A model generated the notes under the pieces. That model was given only the letters and a program-made list of their open reading frames with translations, was not told where the DNA came from and did no database searches. The position numbers were made by a program, and so were the translations under genes. From the NCBI GenBank assembly GCA_020725805.1, contig DYEF01000023.1, positions 20,783-84,782 of the forward strand: a DNA stretch of 64,000 nt. The letters are read 5' to 3'. This DNA comes from Bdellovibrio sp. GTDB lineage: Bacteria; Myxococcota; SpSt-1050. Of the stretch, positions 19,893 to 29,345 are shown piece after piece. The stretch's first letter is position 1, and every line of letters begins with the position of its first letter.

Positions 19893-22295
19893 TTATTCTA
19901 AAACTCCTGCGTATCTCAGCATCCAGTAAGCAATGGAATAGAACATAGGACCACCATATCCCTGAGGGCTTCCGCCCGATACCTTCGAGTAAGGATTTCC
20001 GTTCCACCACATAGTTCGTATTTCATCATACGGAAATACCCTGTCCCACTGTGGCTTCTTGAATCTGTCGATCCCGTTATCCTTTGCATCCTGCCGGTTG
20101 CTGTTGTCGAACAGTACCTTTCTGAGGTCACGCGGAATCTCCCGCATTGTTCTGACTGCATCCTCGACCCTCGCCCCGTCTTCACTGTAGAGTGCGACCA
20201 CGGCTGCCCACATCGGTTGTCTCTCGGGAATCTCCCATTCGTAGAATTTCAGCAGGTTTGCAAGCCATTTCGCCCTTCTCTCGGGATTGTGCTCGTATCT
20301 CAGAAGTGTTGTATATGCCAGCATAGCCAGTTCGTGGTCGGAGTGATTTGCTATAGCGGGATTCGTAACTGTCCAGATCTCATCTGTAAATTCGACGAGT
20401 CTGTCGTACTTATACCTGTTTATCAGCTCCTCATAGGCATTGTAAAATTTGAGCTCTCCAGTAATTCTGTATGCGGAGAGCATAAATCCGAGAATCTGTG
20501 TACCGTTGAGCCAGCCTCCGCCGTGTGCCGATTCCATACAGAGGTCGAGCGGGTATTTCTTGAGACACCTGTCCATTCCGTCAACGGAGACACCAATATA
20601 ATCCGGTTGCCAGTGCCCCCACGTAGTCTTCTGACCGTCCAGATCCAGAAGCTGATAACCGTTTCTCAGAATATAATCAGCAATCCCGCCGAGCCGTTTT
20701 GCAACCTCTTCACGCTCCTTGTCATCCTTCGCACAGTGGTCGTAGTAAAAAGAATATCCGAAGAAATGACCATCTATCTCGTCTGATGATGTATCATCCT
20801 TCCAGTAATACTTCTTCCCGTTGTATTCAACAGGATGCCAGTTCGGACGACTCTTCTTATCCTCATATACAGCCCCCTCGTCTTCCCTTACAAGAGAACG
20901 GGTTACAAATCCGTATCCGAGTCCGGCCTTCTCAAAATCCACGGCCGGTATATCCACTTCCAGAAACATTACCTCGATAGCCTTCCGGGCCTTCTGATAA
21001 TAATATTCGTCCTTCGTAACCGCATAGGCCATACACCATGCTGCTACCTGCATCTGTGTCCAGAGCCCGTCATTGTCGGAATCCCAGACCTTCGGGTCCT
21101 TTATCTCGAACTCATCGCCCGAAGAGAGGTCGGGGGCAACGAAGCCGTCCATACGCCAGAAATATTTATCCTGCAGTTCCTCAAAATATTTGATCTTATC
21201 CGCAAGTTTTGTCTCGACGAGATAAATTCTCGAGATACCGCTTTTTGTGGCAATAAATCTGTTGCCGTTATCGTCCAATGCTACATCATTTACCTTTTCA
21301 TCGAGTATCCATCTTCTCGAGAGATAGTAGTCGACATGACCGTCCTGCTGATTAATAAACGTTGCGCCGATCTCGTGTCCGAGGGCTATCATATTCCCTC
21401 TGCATACTGCGGAGTTCGTCCTGTTCATAGGCAGTCCGTCAGGCTTTGCATAGAATTTTTCGAACTTACCTTCTTTGTAAAGAGTATAGCCGGAGAATGT
21501 TGATATAACCAGAGTCCTGTTGTCATCGCAGAAGGCAAGAGATGAGACCAGATTATCTCCCAGGTCGCCGTTTTCGGAGTTGTAATTCTTCATTGCCATA
21601 CCATCATTTTCATACACACCCTTATCCGTCCCAATGAATATATGCAGCTGATCACTTACAGCGATATTCTTGATTCCTGATACATCCGTAATTTTATAAT
21701 ACTCCGAAAAATTGCTCCCGATCTCATAGACGGAACTATTTGTTGCAAAATAGTAGTGATTATTAACCCCGTATAAAGAAATAACGTCCTCACCCAGAGC
21801 GCTTATATCAATATCTTTTCTTTCTGTTTTATTGAAAAGGACAATACTACCGGCCGTTCTCCCGATCAGAAAATCAGAGTTCTTTACCTTCCCTATATCA
21901 AGAAGTCCGTCAATCAGGGGGACGGCATTCTCAAAAATATCCAGATTCTGATTATATGCAAACAAACCGTTCTTTGTCATAACATAGAGGGTATCCAGAT
22001 ATGCGAATTTCAGGGCATTGACATCCGGCAACTGATCTGTTTTGTAATAGAATTTTACCAACTCCTCGGAAAAAGGCGTATCTTTGACGACAGTCGAATG
22101 CTTCTCGACCTTATAGTAGGCCCGTGGCGGAATATAGCCTGTATCACCTCCGGCATCAGTCTGTACATCAGAACCCGAGACATCGGCAATGTCAGTATAA
22201 ACATCTTCCGCAATTATATCCTTTGAATCAGAAGATTCATCGGAGCAGGAAAAGAGAAGAGCAAATAAAGCAATAAGGATAATATAATTTTTCAT
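19893..22295 (-). CDS. large lipoprotein, beta-propeller plus alpha-helical C-terminal domain, function unknown
   Basis: Lipobox LLFSC after ATG 22295 (AGGAGG RBS); Asp-rich linker; propeller-like repeats (IFIGTDKGV, GLPMNR, FIATKSGIS); C-domain with DNDGLWT, DTSSDEIDGHFF, SDHEL. Confidence 0.8.
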   Translation of the reverse strand: MKNYIILIALFALLFSCSDESSDSKDIIAEDVYTDIADVSGSDVQTDAGGDTGYIPPRAYYKVEKHSTVVKDTPFSEELVKFYYKTDQLPDVNALKFAYLDTLYVMTKNGLFAYNQNLDIFENAVPLIDGLLDIGKVKNSDFLIGRTAGSIVLFNKTERKDIDISALGEDVISLYGVNNHYYFATNSSVYEIGSNFSEYYKITDVSGIKNIAVSDQLHIFIGTDKGVYENDGMAMKNYNSENGDLGDNLVSSLAFCDDNRTLVISTFSGYTLYKEGKFEKFYAKPDGLPMNRTNSAVCRGNMIALGHEIGATFINQQDGHVDYYLSRRWILDEKVNDVALDDNGNRFIATKSGISRIYLVETKLADKIKYFEELQDKYFWRMDGFVAPDLSSGDEFEIKDPKVWDSDNDGLWTQMQVAAWCMAYAVTKDEYYYQKARKAIEVMFLEVDIPAVDFEKAGLGYGFVTRSLVREDEGAVYEDKKSRPNWHPVEYNGKKYYWKDDTSSDEIDGHFFGYSFYYDHCAKDDKEREEVAKRLGGIADYILRNGYQLLDLDGQKTTWGHWQPDYIGVSVDGMDRCLKKYPLDLCMESAHGGGWLNGTQILGFMLSAYRITGELKFYNAYEELINRYKYDRLVEFTDEIWTVTNPAIANHSDHELAMLAYTTLLRYEHNPERRAKWLANLLKFYEWEIPERQPMWAAVVALYSEDGARVEDAVRTMREIPRDLRKVLFDNSNRQDAKDNGIDRFKKPQWDRVFPYDEIRTMWWNGNPYSKVSGGSPQGYGGPMFYSIAYWMLRYAGVLE

Positions 22296-22637
22296 AACCT
22301 GTATCCTCCTGTGCAAAAAAGTATATATCAGATAAAGTGGCAATTCAATACAGAAAATAAATCTTTAAGCATCTGTGTCCGACCTCTTTTTATAGTGAGT
22401 TATGAACAAGATTTAACAAAAGTCTAACCGGCACCGGACTGATAACTCCTGCTACGCCCGAAATTCTATGCACTCAAGAAGTAAATCCGGAATTAAAACC
22501 ATTCACACACATTTTGCAAAAGCTATAAATATCTTAAACCAGCATTAAAAGTAATCAAAATGCAGTTATATAAAACGCCCCGGAAATAAATATGGATACT
22601 CTTTATAGCAAACCTGAGGCAAGATTAGCCGCGAGTT

Positions 22638-23375
22638 TTATTCTTTATCGGTCTGGTCTGGCTTCTTTCCGGCAGATAGACCGCCACCGCCGATTGCCAG
22701 TCTGATAAAAACCCCCCTGATATCCGCAGATGGTCCGTTGGTGATCTCCTGTTCATTATACACCCAGCTGCCTCCCTTATAGAGCGGAAGGATAAAACCA
22801 CCTCTTAATCCTATCAGAAGTCCGCCGGTGCCTTCACCGTCCCTGCCAAGCGGCAAAAGAAAATCTGCACCCAGTGAGAAGGATGTAATAAAACCACCGT
22901 TTGAGAGTTCTATTCCCCTCTTTGGATTTTTAAGGGCTTCATTGAAATCATAACTTGCTTTTTCCGAGATCGAGACATTAATTCCGGCTCCTCCTATACC
23001 GAGCATCGGATAGAGAATCAGTCCGCCTCTTCTGAACAGAATATACCCTACGTCAAAGAGTCCGTACCCGCCTGAGACAGAGACTTTATACAAATTGGTC
23101 GATTTACTCTCTGTATTCAGCCCGTGACCTTCCCCGCCGAGAATGAAACTCCCCATTATCCCGTGTCCTCCTCCGCCAAAGGAATACTGACTTTCAGAAA
23201 ATTCGGGCAGATCATTTGAACCGAGTGTTTTATTCAATCCCGAAAGATTAATATTCTGCCAGCCTGCCATAAAATAGCCCATTCCACCTCCCTCTCTGCT
23301 ATCCTTCTCCCCGGCATTCAGTATCGAAGAAGCAAAAAGTAAGAACAAAGAAATCAAAACAACTTTTCTGAGCAT
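22638..23375 (-). CDS. Gly-rich putative outer-membrane beta-barrel protein
   Basis: Signal peptide MLRKVVLISLFLLFASSILNA after GGGAGG; alternating strands (GGYGLFDVGY, LYPMLGIGG, GVFIRLAIGG). Confidence 0.7.
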   Translation of the reverse strand: MLRKVVLISLFLLFASSILNAGEKDSREGGGMGYFMAGWQNINLSGLNKTLGSNDLPEFSESQYSFGGGGHGIMGSFILGGEGHGLNTESKSTNLYKVSVSGGYGLFDVGYILFRRGGLILYPMLGIGGAGINVSISEKASYDFNEALKNPKRGIELSNGGFITSFSLGADFLLPLGRDGEGTGGLLIGLRGGFILPLYKGGSWVYNEQEITNGPSADIRGVFIRLAIGGGGLSAGKKPDQTDKE

Positions 23376-23783
23376 AAAAAACCTCCCTGATTTGGCGGAT
23401 AATAAATATTTTTTCGAACCGGTTGTCAATACAATTATGTTTATTGCAATATATATCTATTCATTGCCTCGTCACAAATACCCCAAAGCTTAATATATCA
23501 GACAAGAAAATTCTCTCACTGAATCTCGTTAAGAGCGGAATAGTCCATTCACTCTGGTTTTTAGTCCTGTTTTCTAAACATATTTATAACTAGTTGCATT
23601 TATAATTCTTTTCAATGTGCATTTTTATTCTTTGATTACAGAGCCGGTATTGAAATTATGATAGTCAACTCCATTTTCATAATGCCGATATCAGATCAGA
23701 AAACCCGTATGGTGAATGGACGAAATTCAGGACAATATTCAACAAGGCCTCTTTGGTAAAAATATAAAAAGTTGGAACCCGCT

Positions 23784-24143
23784 CTATCTGATGTATTTTT
23801 CGGGCTCTTTATCAAAATGAGGTTTGCAGCCCTCGCAGCAGAAATAATAGTATTTCCCTTTATACTCGGAGTAAGTGGTATCTTTTGTTATTTTAAATTT
23901 TTCCTTTGTCACAGGGCAAACAGCCTCTGTACTTTCTGCCTGCTTCTTGTTGAATCCAATAGATGGTTCTTCCGATTTTTTCTTCTCTTCCTGTTTTGTG
24001 AGCTGATGATGTTTTTCCGATTTCTTCTCGCTTTTTACTGCAGTATTATTTTGATGTTCTGATTCTTTACAATCATCAGCAAATAGTATGGCAGAGAATC
24101 CAAAAAGAAAAAACATCAAAGAAAAAGCAAATAAATTTCTCAT
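23784..24143 (-). CDS. exported YHS/TRASH-domain protein (putative metal binding)
   Basis: Signal peptide, charged linker, CPVT...YSEYKGKYYYFCCEGCKPHFDKEPEKY. Confidence 0.85.
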   Translation of the reverse strand: MRNLFAFSLMFFLFGFSAILFADDCKESEHQNNTAVKSEKKSEKHHQLTKQEEKKKSEEPSIGFNKKQAESTEAVCPVTKEKFKITKDTTYSEYKGKYYYFCCEGCKPHFDKEPEKYIR

Positions 24144-24188
24144 AAATACCTCCGGATGTTATTATGATGACAATCTATTACATTGGAT

Positions 24189-25061
24189 TCATCTTCTCAT
24201 CTCTAAAATACCTATTTTATATACATTATTTACTCCCGTAAAGGAAATCTTAATGTCATTGATTTTGAAACCCGAACCACATAAGATGCTGCTCCAGTCA
24301 GAAAGGGCGATATACTTCTCTCCAAGTCCCAGTCTGCTTGATTTTAAAATACTCACATATTCATCATAGTAAAAGTTGTTTAGAATCTGTTCTCTATGTC
24401 TGGTGTCAGTCATAGATCTTACTGTGTCGAAGACATCTTTATATAGAAGGGTTGCCGAGATATTTCTGAGTCTTGCATCTCTTATCATTTCAAGATTATG
24501 GTCAACCTCAATAATTATAAACAGCTTTGGGTTGAGATGATATATTTTACTAATTATTTTTAATTTATCACGCATTCTTAAATGATGAAGAGAAAGAGAT
24601 GACAAAACGATATCTGGTCTTTCCGGTAATGTTTTGACATCTAATTTACTTAGATTTGCTTTAATCGGGGTTACACCGCAATAGCTAAAACGAGAAAGAT
24701 TTATTTTAAGTTGTTTCAGGGCTGTATCTGAATAATCTATCCCGGTGATTTTAAGAGTGATATCCGGTTGTTTATGAATATTTTCAAGTACTCTTTTCCA
24801 CATAAGTCCTTCACCAATTCCAAGGTCAAGTATATTTAATCTGTGATGCTGGTTGATCAGTGTATTAATTTTTTGATAGACGAAGTAATGAGTCTCTTTA
24901 AGAATCACGGAATTGGCAAAGAGGAGATAGGCATTTCTTGTCCGGGGATTTATATATTTTTGTCTTAAATTAAACTCTTTTTTTCCCAATATTCTCTGAT
25001 AGACGCGGTCTATGTCTTCCTTAGAAAGTATGGACAGGCATTCTGTAAAATTATATCTCAT
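24189..25061 (-). CDS. bacterial GRAS-domain protein (class I SAM-methyltransferase fold)
   Basis: Colinear matches to GRAS motifs: LKETHYFVYQKI, LNILDLGIGEGLMW, LKITGI, SLHHL, LNPKLFIIIEVDHN, YKDVFDTV, EKYIALSDW...SGF. Gly-rich motif I DLGIGEG. Overlaps cgl stop by 11 nt. Confidence 0.75.
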   Translation of the reverse strand: MRYNFTECLSILSKEDIDRVYQRILGKKEFNLRQKYINPRTRNAYLLFANSVILKETHYFVYQKINTLINQHHRLNILDLGIGEGLMWKRVLENIHKQPDITLKITGIDYSDTALKQLKINLSRFSYCGVTPIKANLSKLDVKTLPERPDIVLSSLSLHHLRMRDKLKIISKIYHLNPKLFIIIEVDHNLEMIRDARLRNISATLLYKDVFDTVRSMTDTRHREQILNNFYYDEYVSILKSSRLGLGEKYIALSDWSSILCGSGFKINDIKISFTGVNNVYKIGILEMRR

Positions 25062-26208
25062 AGTTTAATCTGTTCCTCATAGATAGGCTGATTGCCTTTG
25101 ATAAATCATCGATTATATCTTCGGCATTTTCAATACCAGTTGATAGTCTCAAAAGATTGTCCGTTATTCCCCTTTTTTCTCTTTCTTCATAGGATAGAGA
25201 TGCGTGAGTCATTTTAGATGGTATACAAATTAGTGATTCGATACCTCCTAGACTCTCTGCATTTTTTATAATTTTGAGTGATTTCAGAAACATCTCTGTT
25301 TGAGCATAGTCGTTGCCAAACTCAAAACTAATCATTCCGCAAAAACCTGCCATCTGCCTCTTGTAGATTTCGTCGTTTTCTATGTCAGGAAAGTAAACTT
25401 TCTTTATGAACCTGTTGTTTTTTAAATAATTGTACACTTTTCTAGCATTTTCGAAGTGTCTCTCCATTCTGATAGAAAGCGTTTTTATTCCTCTGAGTGT
25501 AAGGAAACAGTCAAAAGGAGAGGGGATAGCTCCTGCGGCGTTCTGATAAAACTTGATTCTTTGATATATGTCTTCATTATTAGTTATTACTGCACCTCCT
25601 ACAACATCACTGTGACCATTGAGATATTTTGTACTGCTATGAACGACTATATCGGCACCGTGGTTTAATGGCCTCTGAAAATATGGGGTTGCAAAAGTGT
25701 TATCAACCACAAGAATAGTGTTACTTCTTTTTATAGAAGCTATATCATTGATGCTGTATAATTTTAGCAGAGGGTTAGATGGTGTCTCTATCCATATTAT
25801 CTTTGTCCTTTCATTTAAAAGATCTTTTATTTCATAAGGGTCATTAGAAAACACATAGTTTGTTGTTATACCGTATTGTCGCAGTATCTTTTCAAATATT
25901 CTGTAGGTACCTCCATAAATATCCGATGAGGAAATAATCTCGTCTCCCGTTTTCAGGATACTAAGAACAGCCATAGTTGCGGCACATCCGGAGGAGAAGG
26001 CAAGAGCGAAATTGCCATCTTCAAGAGATGCCAGGACCTCCTCAAGTGTCCTCCTCGTTGGATTCTGTGTCCTTGAATATTCAAAACCTTTATGCCTTCC
26101 CGGAATCTCCTGATAAAATGTAGTAGAAAGATGGACAGGCGGTATTATTGCACCAGTTGAAAGGTCAGGCTCCTGCGAAATATGAATTGATCTTGTTTCA
26201 AATTTCAT
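25051..26208 (-). CDS. cystathionine gamma-lyase/gamma-synthase (Cys/Met metabolism PLP enzyme)
   Basis: YSRTQNPT, FSSG, ETPSNPLL, VDNTFATP, HSSTKYLNGHSD (PLP Lys), AESLGG, LRLSTGIE; coupled to CBS, so likely gamma-lyase (MccB-like). Confidence 0.92.
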   Translation of the reverse strand: MKFETRSIHISQEPDLSTGAIIPPVHLSTTFYQEIPGRHKGFEYSRTQNPTRRTLEEVLASLEDGNFALAFSSGCAATMAVLSILKTGDEIISSSDIYGGTYRIFEKILRQYGITTNYVFSNDPYEIKDLLNERTKIIWIETPSNPLLKLYSINDIASIKRSNTILVVDNTFATPYFQRPLNHGADIVVHSSTKYLNGHSDVVGGAVITNNEDIYQRIKFYQNAAGAIPSPFDCFLTLRGIKTLSIRMERHFENARKVYNYLKNNRFIKKVYFPDIENDEIYKRQMAGFCGMISFEFGNDYAQTEMFLKSLKIIKNAESLGGIESLICIPSKMTHASLSYEEREKRGITDNLLRLSTGIENAEDIIDDLSKAISLSMRNRLNYEI

Positions 26209-27559
26209 TTTTTATGCTCCTTCTGAGTAAAAAATTAATCAGATCAGATTTTGTAATGATATTGGAAGGTATTCCGTTCTTAAGAATAATGACGGCATTA
26301 GAGGATTTTGACAATACATTTCTGATGTCGTCGATCGAGGCAGATTCATCAAAGAGAGGTAGTGGAGGCCCCATAACTTCACTGACTCTGGCAATAGAGA
26401 CAATATTTTTGTTTTTGAAAGAGTGTAGTAACCCCTCTTCTGTCAGATTCCCGATGATTTTCTTTTTTTCTGTTACGGGTAGTTGAGAGATACCGTATTT
26501 ATTCATTAGATTAATGGCATCGGTGATATTCTGTTCTGCTTCAACTGTTATTAGGTTTGGACCAATCATATTTAGTTCGTTTAATATAGAGGCCGCATTG
26601 ATTGGTTCTCTGCTGGTTAAAAATCCATTTTCTGTCATCCATTCATCGGAATAGAACCTGGATATATAGTTCCTTCCGGTGTCAGGTAGAATAACAACGA
26701 TATTTTCCTCTTTGTTTTCCCTTTTAACGTATTTAAGAGCCGCGGCAAGGGCTGTGCCGGAAGAACCTCCTGCCAGTATTCCCTCCTCTTTTGCAAGCCT
26801 TCTCGCGGTTATAAATGATTCTTCGTCAGTGACTCTGATAAATTCGTTTATTATCTGTGCATTTAGTGTAGTTGGCACAAAATCCTCTCCTATTCCCTCG
26901 ACCTTATATGATTTTGGGTTATCTCCAGAGAGGACAGAGCCGGATGGGTCAGCAGCAATAATGTAGAGATGAGGTATTTTCTCTTTGAGATATAAGCCTG
27001 TCCCAGAAATTGTCCCACCGGTTCCAATGCCGGCGACAAAGACATCAATTTTCCCCTCCATATCGGAATATATTTCCCTGCCGGTCGTTTTGTAATGGGC
27101 GTTTGGGTTGTCAAGGTTTTTAAATTGTGAAGGGCGAAAGGAATGTGGAATATTATTCGCAAGCCTGTCGGCGTAGTTATTATAATTGTCCGGTGAATCC
27201 GGTGATTCGTTTGGTACAACAACGACTTCTGCTCCATACGCCCTGAGAATGTTTATTTTTTCTGTGCTCATCTTTTCGGGGACGATAAATATACATCTGT
27301 AACCCTTTATTGCACATACAAGTGCAAGACCAATTCCTGTATTTCCGGCGGTTGCTTCAATAATTGTGCTTTTGGGTTGCAGGATCCCTTTTCTTTCAGC
27401 TGACTCTAACATTTCGAGAGCGATTCTGTCTTTTACACTTCCGCCCGGATTGAACATCTCACACTTAACGAATATTCGGGATTTTATCCCGGCTGAGATC
27501 TTCTTTAGCTCTATTAAGGGGGTATTACCAATTGATTCAAGAATAGATTTATAAACCAC
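26198..27559 (-). CDS. cbs: cystathionine beta-synthase with C-terminal CBS domains
   Basis: NPGGSVKDR, TAGNTG, GTGGT, YKVEGIGEDFVP, LPDTGRNY..RFYSDEWM, then tandem CBS domains (MNKYGISQLPV; IITKSDLI). Confidence 0.9.
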   Translation of the reverse strand: MVYKSILESIGNTPLIELKKISAGIKSRIFVKCEMFNPGGSVKDRIALEMLESAERKGILQPKSTIIEATAGNTGIGLALVCAIKGYRCIFIVPEKMSTEKINILRAYGAEVVVVPNESPDSPDNYNNYADRLANNIPHSFRPSQFKNLDNPNAHYKTTGREIYSDMEGKIDVFVAGIGTGGTISGTGLYLKEKIPHLYIIAADPSGSVLSGDNPKSYKVEGIGEDFVPTTLNAQIINEFIRVTDEESFITARRLAKEEGILAGGSSGTALAAALKYVKRENKEENIVVILPDTGRNYISRFYSDEWMTENGFLTSREPINAASILNELNMIGPNLITVEAEQNITDAINLMNKYGISQLPVTEKKKIIGNLTEEGLLHSFKNKNIVSIARVSEVMGPPLPLFDESASIDDIRNVLSKSSNAVIILKNGIPSNIITKSDLINFLLRRSIKNEI

Positions 27560-27654
27560 AGTCTCTATCTCCTTGAGAAAAAATTACAAATTAGCACCCA
27601 CTCCAAACATAAATTACATATCATTTCTCTTCGCAGGTATTAATAATCTAAACA

Positions 27655-28584
27655 TTATTCGATACCATCCATCAGCGCCGTCGAGAGATATCTTTCACCG
27701 GTGTCGGGAAGGAGAACAACGATTACCTTACCTTCGGATTCCTTTCTCTGTGCAACCTGAAGTGCGGCCCACATAGCGGCCCCCGAAGAGATTCCCGCCA
27801 TTATCCCTTCCTTTCTGGCTATCTCCCGTGCTGTATTGATTGCATCTTCATTGGTGACCTGAATTATCTCGTCGATTATTCCCTTATTCAAGACCTCCGG
27901 AACAAATCCCGCCCCAATTCCCTGTATTTTGTGCGGACCGGGCTTCCCGCCCGAAAGGACCGGAGAGGCGGCCGGCTCCACGGCAACCGAATAAATCTGT
28001 TTCCGTCTCTTTATTGCCTCTGATACACCCGTAATTGTCCCGCCTGTACCGACACCACCCACGAAAATATCAATTTTCCCCTCTGTATCATTCCAGATTT
28101 CCAAAGCTGTGGTCTTACGGTGAACTTCAGGATTGGAAGGATTTTTGAACTGCTGCAGCATAAAACCACCGGGTGTACTTCTGAGAATCTCTTCGGCCTT
28201 TCTGACCGCCCCGCTCATACCTTCGGGTCCCGGAGTAAGCAGAATCTCTGCCCCGAGAAGTCTTAAGAGCTTTCTTCTCTCGACGCTCATTGTCTCGGGC
28301 ATTGTAAGTATGAGTCTGTACCCTTTTGCAGCGGAGACGAAGGCAAGGGCAATCCCGGTATTTCCGCTCGTAGGTTCAATAAGTGTTGTGAATCCGGGCT
28401 TAATCAGTCCCTTCTCCTCTGCGTCCTCAATCATTGCAAGACCTATCCTGTCCTTAACACTGTGGGCAGGATTGAAGGACTCGATTTTGGCAAACAGGGA
28501 GACATTAAGACCTTCTGTGAGCCTGTTAATTTTCACAAGCGGCGTATTTCCGACTGTTTCGACGATACTGTTATAAACTTTCAT
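27655..28584 (-). CDS. cysK: cysteine synthase A (O-acetylserine sulfhydrylase)
   Basis: [55 protein letters not shown]. Confidence 0.95.
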   Translation of the reverse strand: MKVYNSIVETVGNTPLVKINRLTEGLNVSLFAKIESFNPAHSVKDRIGLAMIEDAEEKGLIKPGFTTLIEPTSGNTGIALAFVSAAKGYRLILTMPETMSVERRKLLRLLGAEILLTPGPEGMSGAVRKAEEILRSTPGGFMLQQFKNPSNPEVHRKTTALEIWNDTEGKIDIFVGGVGTGGTITGVSEAIKRRKQIYSVAVEPAASPVLSGGKPGPHKIQGIGAGFVPEVLNKGIIDEIIQVTNEDAINTAREIARKEGIMAGISSGAAMWAALQVAQRKESEGKVIVVLLPDTGERYLSTALMDGIE

Positions 28585-28600
28585 ATATCCTCCTTTTGTT

Positions 28601-29032
28601 TCAAATATAAAACATCGGTGTCATAGGTGATATTGAATTTTCAAACCTCGTATAAAGTGTTTCGAAGTCTGTTTTCGCAAGTAACTGTTCATACTCACTT
28701 ACCAGTTCAGAGGCAATCTTTTTTGAAAAATTCTGAAAGAGGTTATCAGGGTTTTTCTCCTGCCTGAACGTTTTACGGGCTGTAGCATTAATAATATCCC
28801 TGACGGTTATCTCTCTCATAGCCTTTGCCAAAATATAACCACCCTTAAATCCCCTTATGGATTTTAATATACCGGATCTCTGCAGGTCGGAGAGAATTAC
28901 CGATAAATATTTTGCAGGGATACCGGTTGCATCATATATTTGACCGGACGTTACCGACCCGCCTGATCTGGTCGAATAACGAATATAGATTATTATGCTG
29001 ATTGCATATTCCGCTTTCTTACTTAAAACCAT
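28601..29032 (-). CDS. cymR: Rrf2-family transcriptional regulator, CymR-like (no Fe-S cysteines)
   Basis: [36 protein letters not shown]; no Cys triad; C-terminal MFYI as in B. subtilis CymR; adjacent to cysK; start ATG 29032 after GGAGG. Confidence 0.75.
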   Translation of the reverse strand: MVLSKKAEYAISIIIYIRYSTRSGGSVTSGQIYDATGIPAKYLSVILSDLQRSGILKSIRGFKGGYILAKAMREITVRDIINATARKTFRQEKNPDNLFQNFSKKIASELVSEYEQLLAKTDFETLYTRFENSISPMTPMFYI

Positions 29033-29046
29033 ATCGCCTCCAAAAT

Positions 29047-29083
29047 ACTCTACCAATATAATCATATTAGTAGAGTTTGTCAA
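29047..29083 (-). promoter_or_regulatory. sigma70 promoter (TTGACA-N17-TATATT) overlapped by a 13-4-13 inverted repeat, probable Rrf2 operator
   Basis: Minus-strand -35 at 29083-29078, -10 at 29060-29055; arms ACTCTACCAATAT (29047-29059) and ATATTAGTAGAGT (29064-29076), 12/13 complementary. Confidence 0.7.
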
Positions 29084-29100
29084 GAAAAATTTCTCCATTT

Positions 29101-29152
29101 CTGTTTCTACCTGGCACCGAAAAATCCTGTTTCTACCTGGCACCGAAAAATC
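29101..29152. repeat. perfect 26-bp tandem duplication
   Basis: CTGTTTCTACCTGGCACCGAAAAATC at 29101-29126 and 29127-29152; 12-bp core TACCTGGCACCG recurs at 29195-29206. Confidence 0.95.
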
Positions 29153-29290
29153 GATGACCCAAATAAAACCAATAAAAACAGTTAGTTACAAACATACCTG
29201 GCACCGGTTCGGATTCAGTTCGGATTGCAATGATACTGAATTTATTGTTCACTGAACTTATTATTCAACAATATACATAATACCTAAAAT

Positions 29291-29305
29291 TGGCACACAA
29301 CTTGA
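29291..29305 (+). promoter_or_regulatory. putative sigma54 (-24/-12) promoter upstream of sctV
   Basis: TGGCAC-ACAAC-TTGA versus consensus TGGCAC-N5-TTGC (one mismatch at -12), about 40 nt before the ATG, followed by AAGGAGG. Confidence 0.45.
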
Positions 29306-29345
29306 GGCAATAAAACAAAATCTCGTATTATTAAGGAGGTTTACT

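Noticed and set aside
29101-29206. 26-bp repeats as a mini CRISPR array
   Set aside because: The two full copies are directly adjacent with no spacer, the third is partial, and there are no cas genes.
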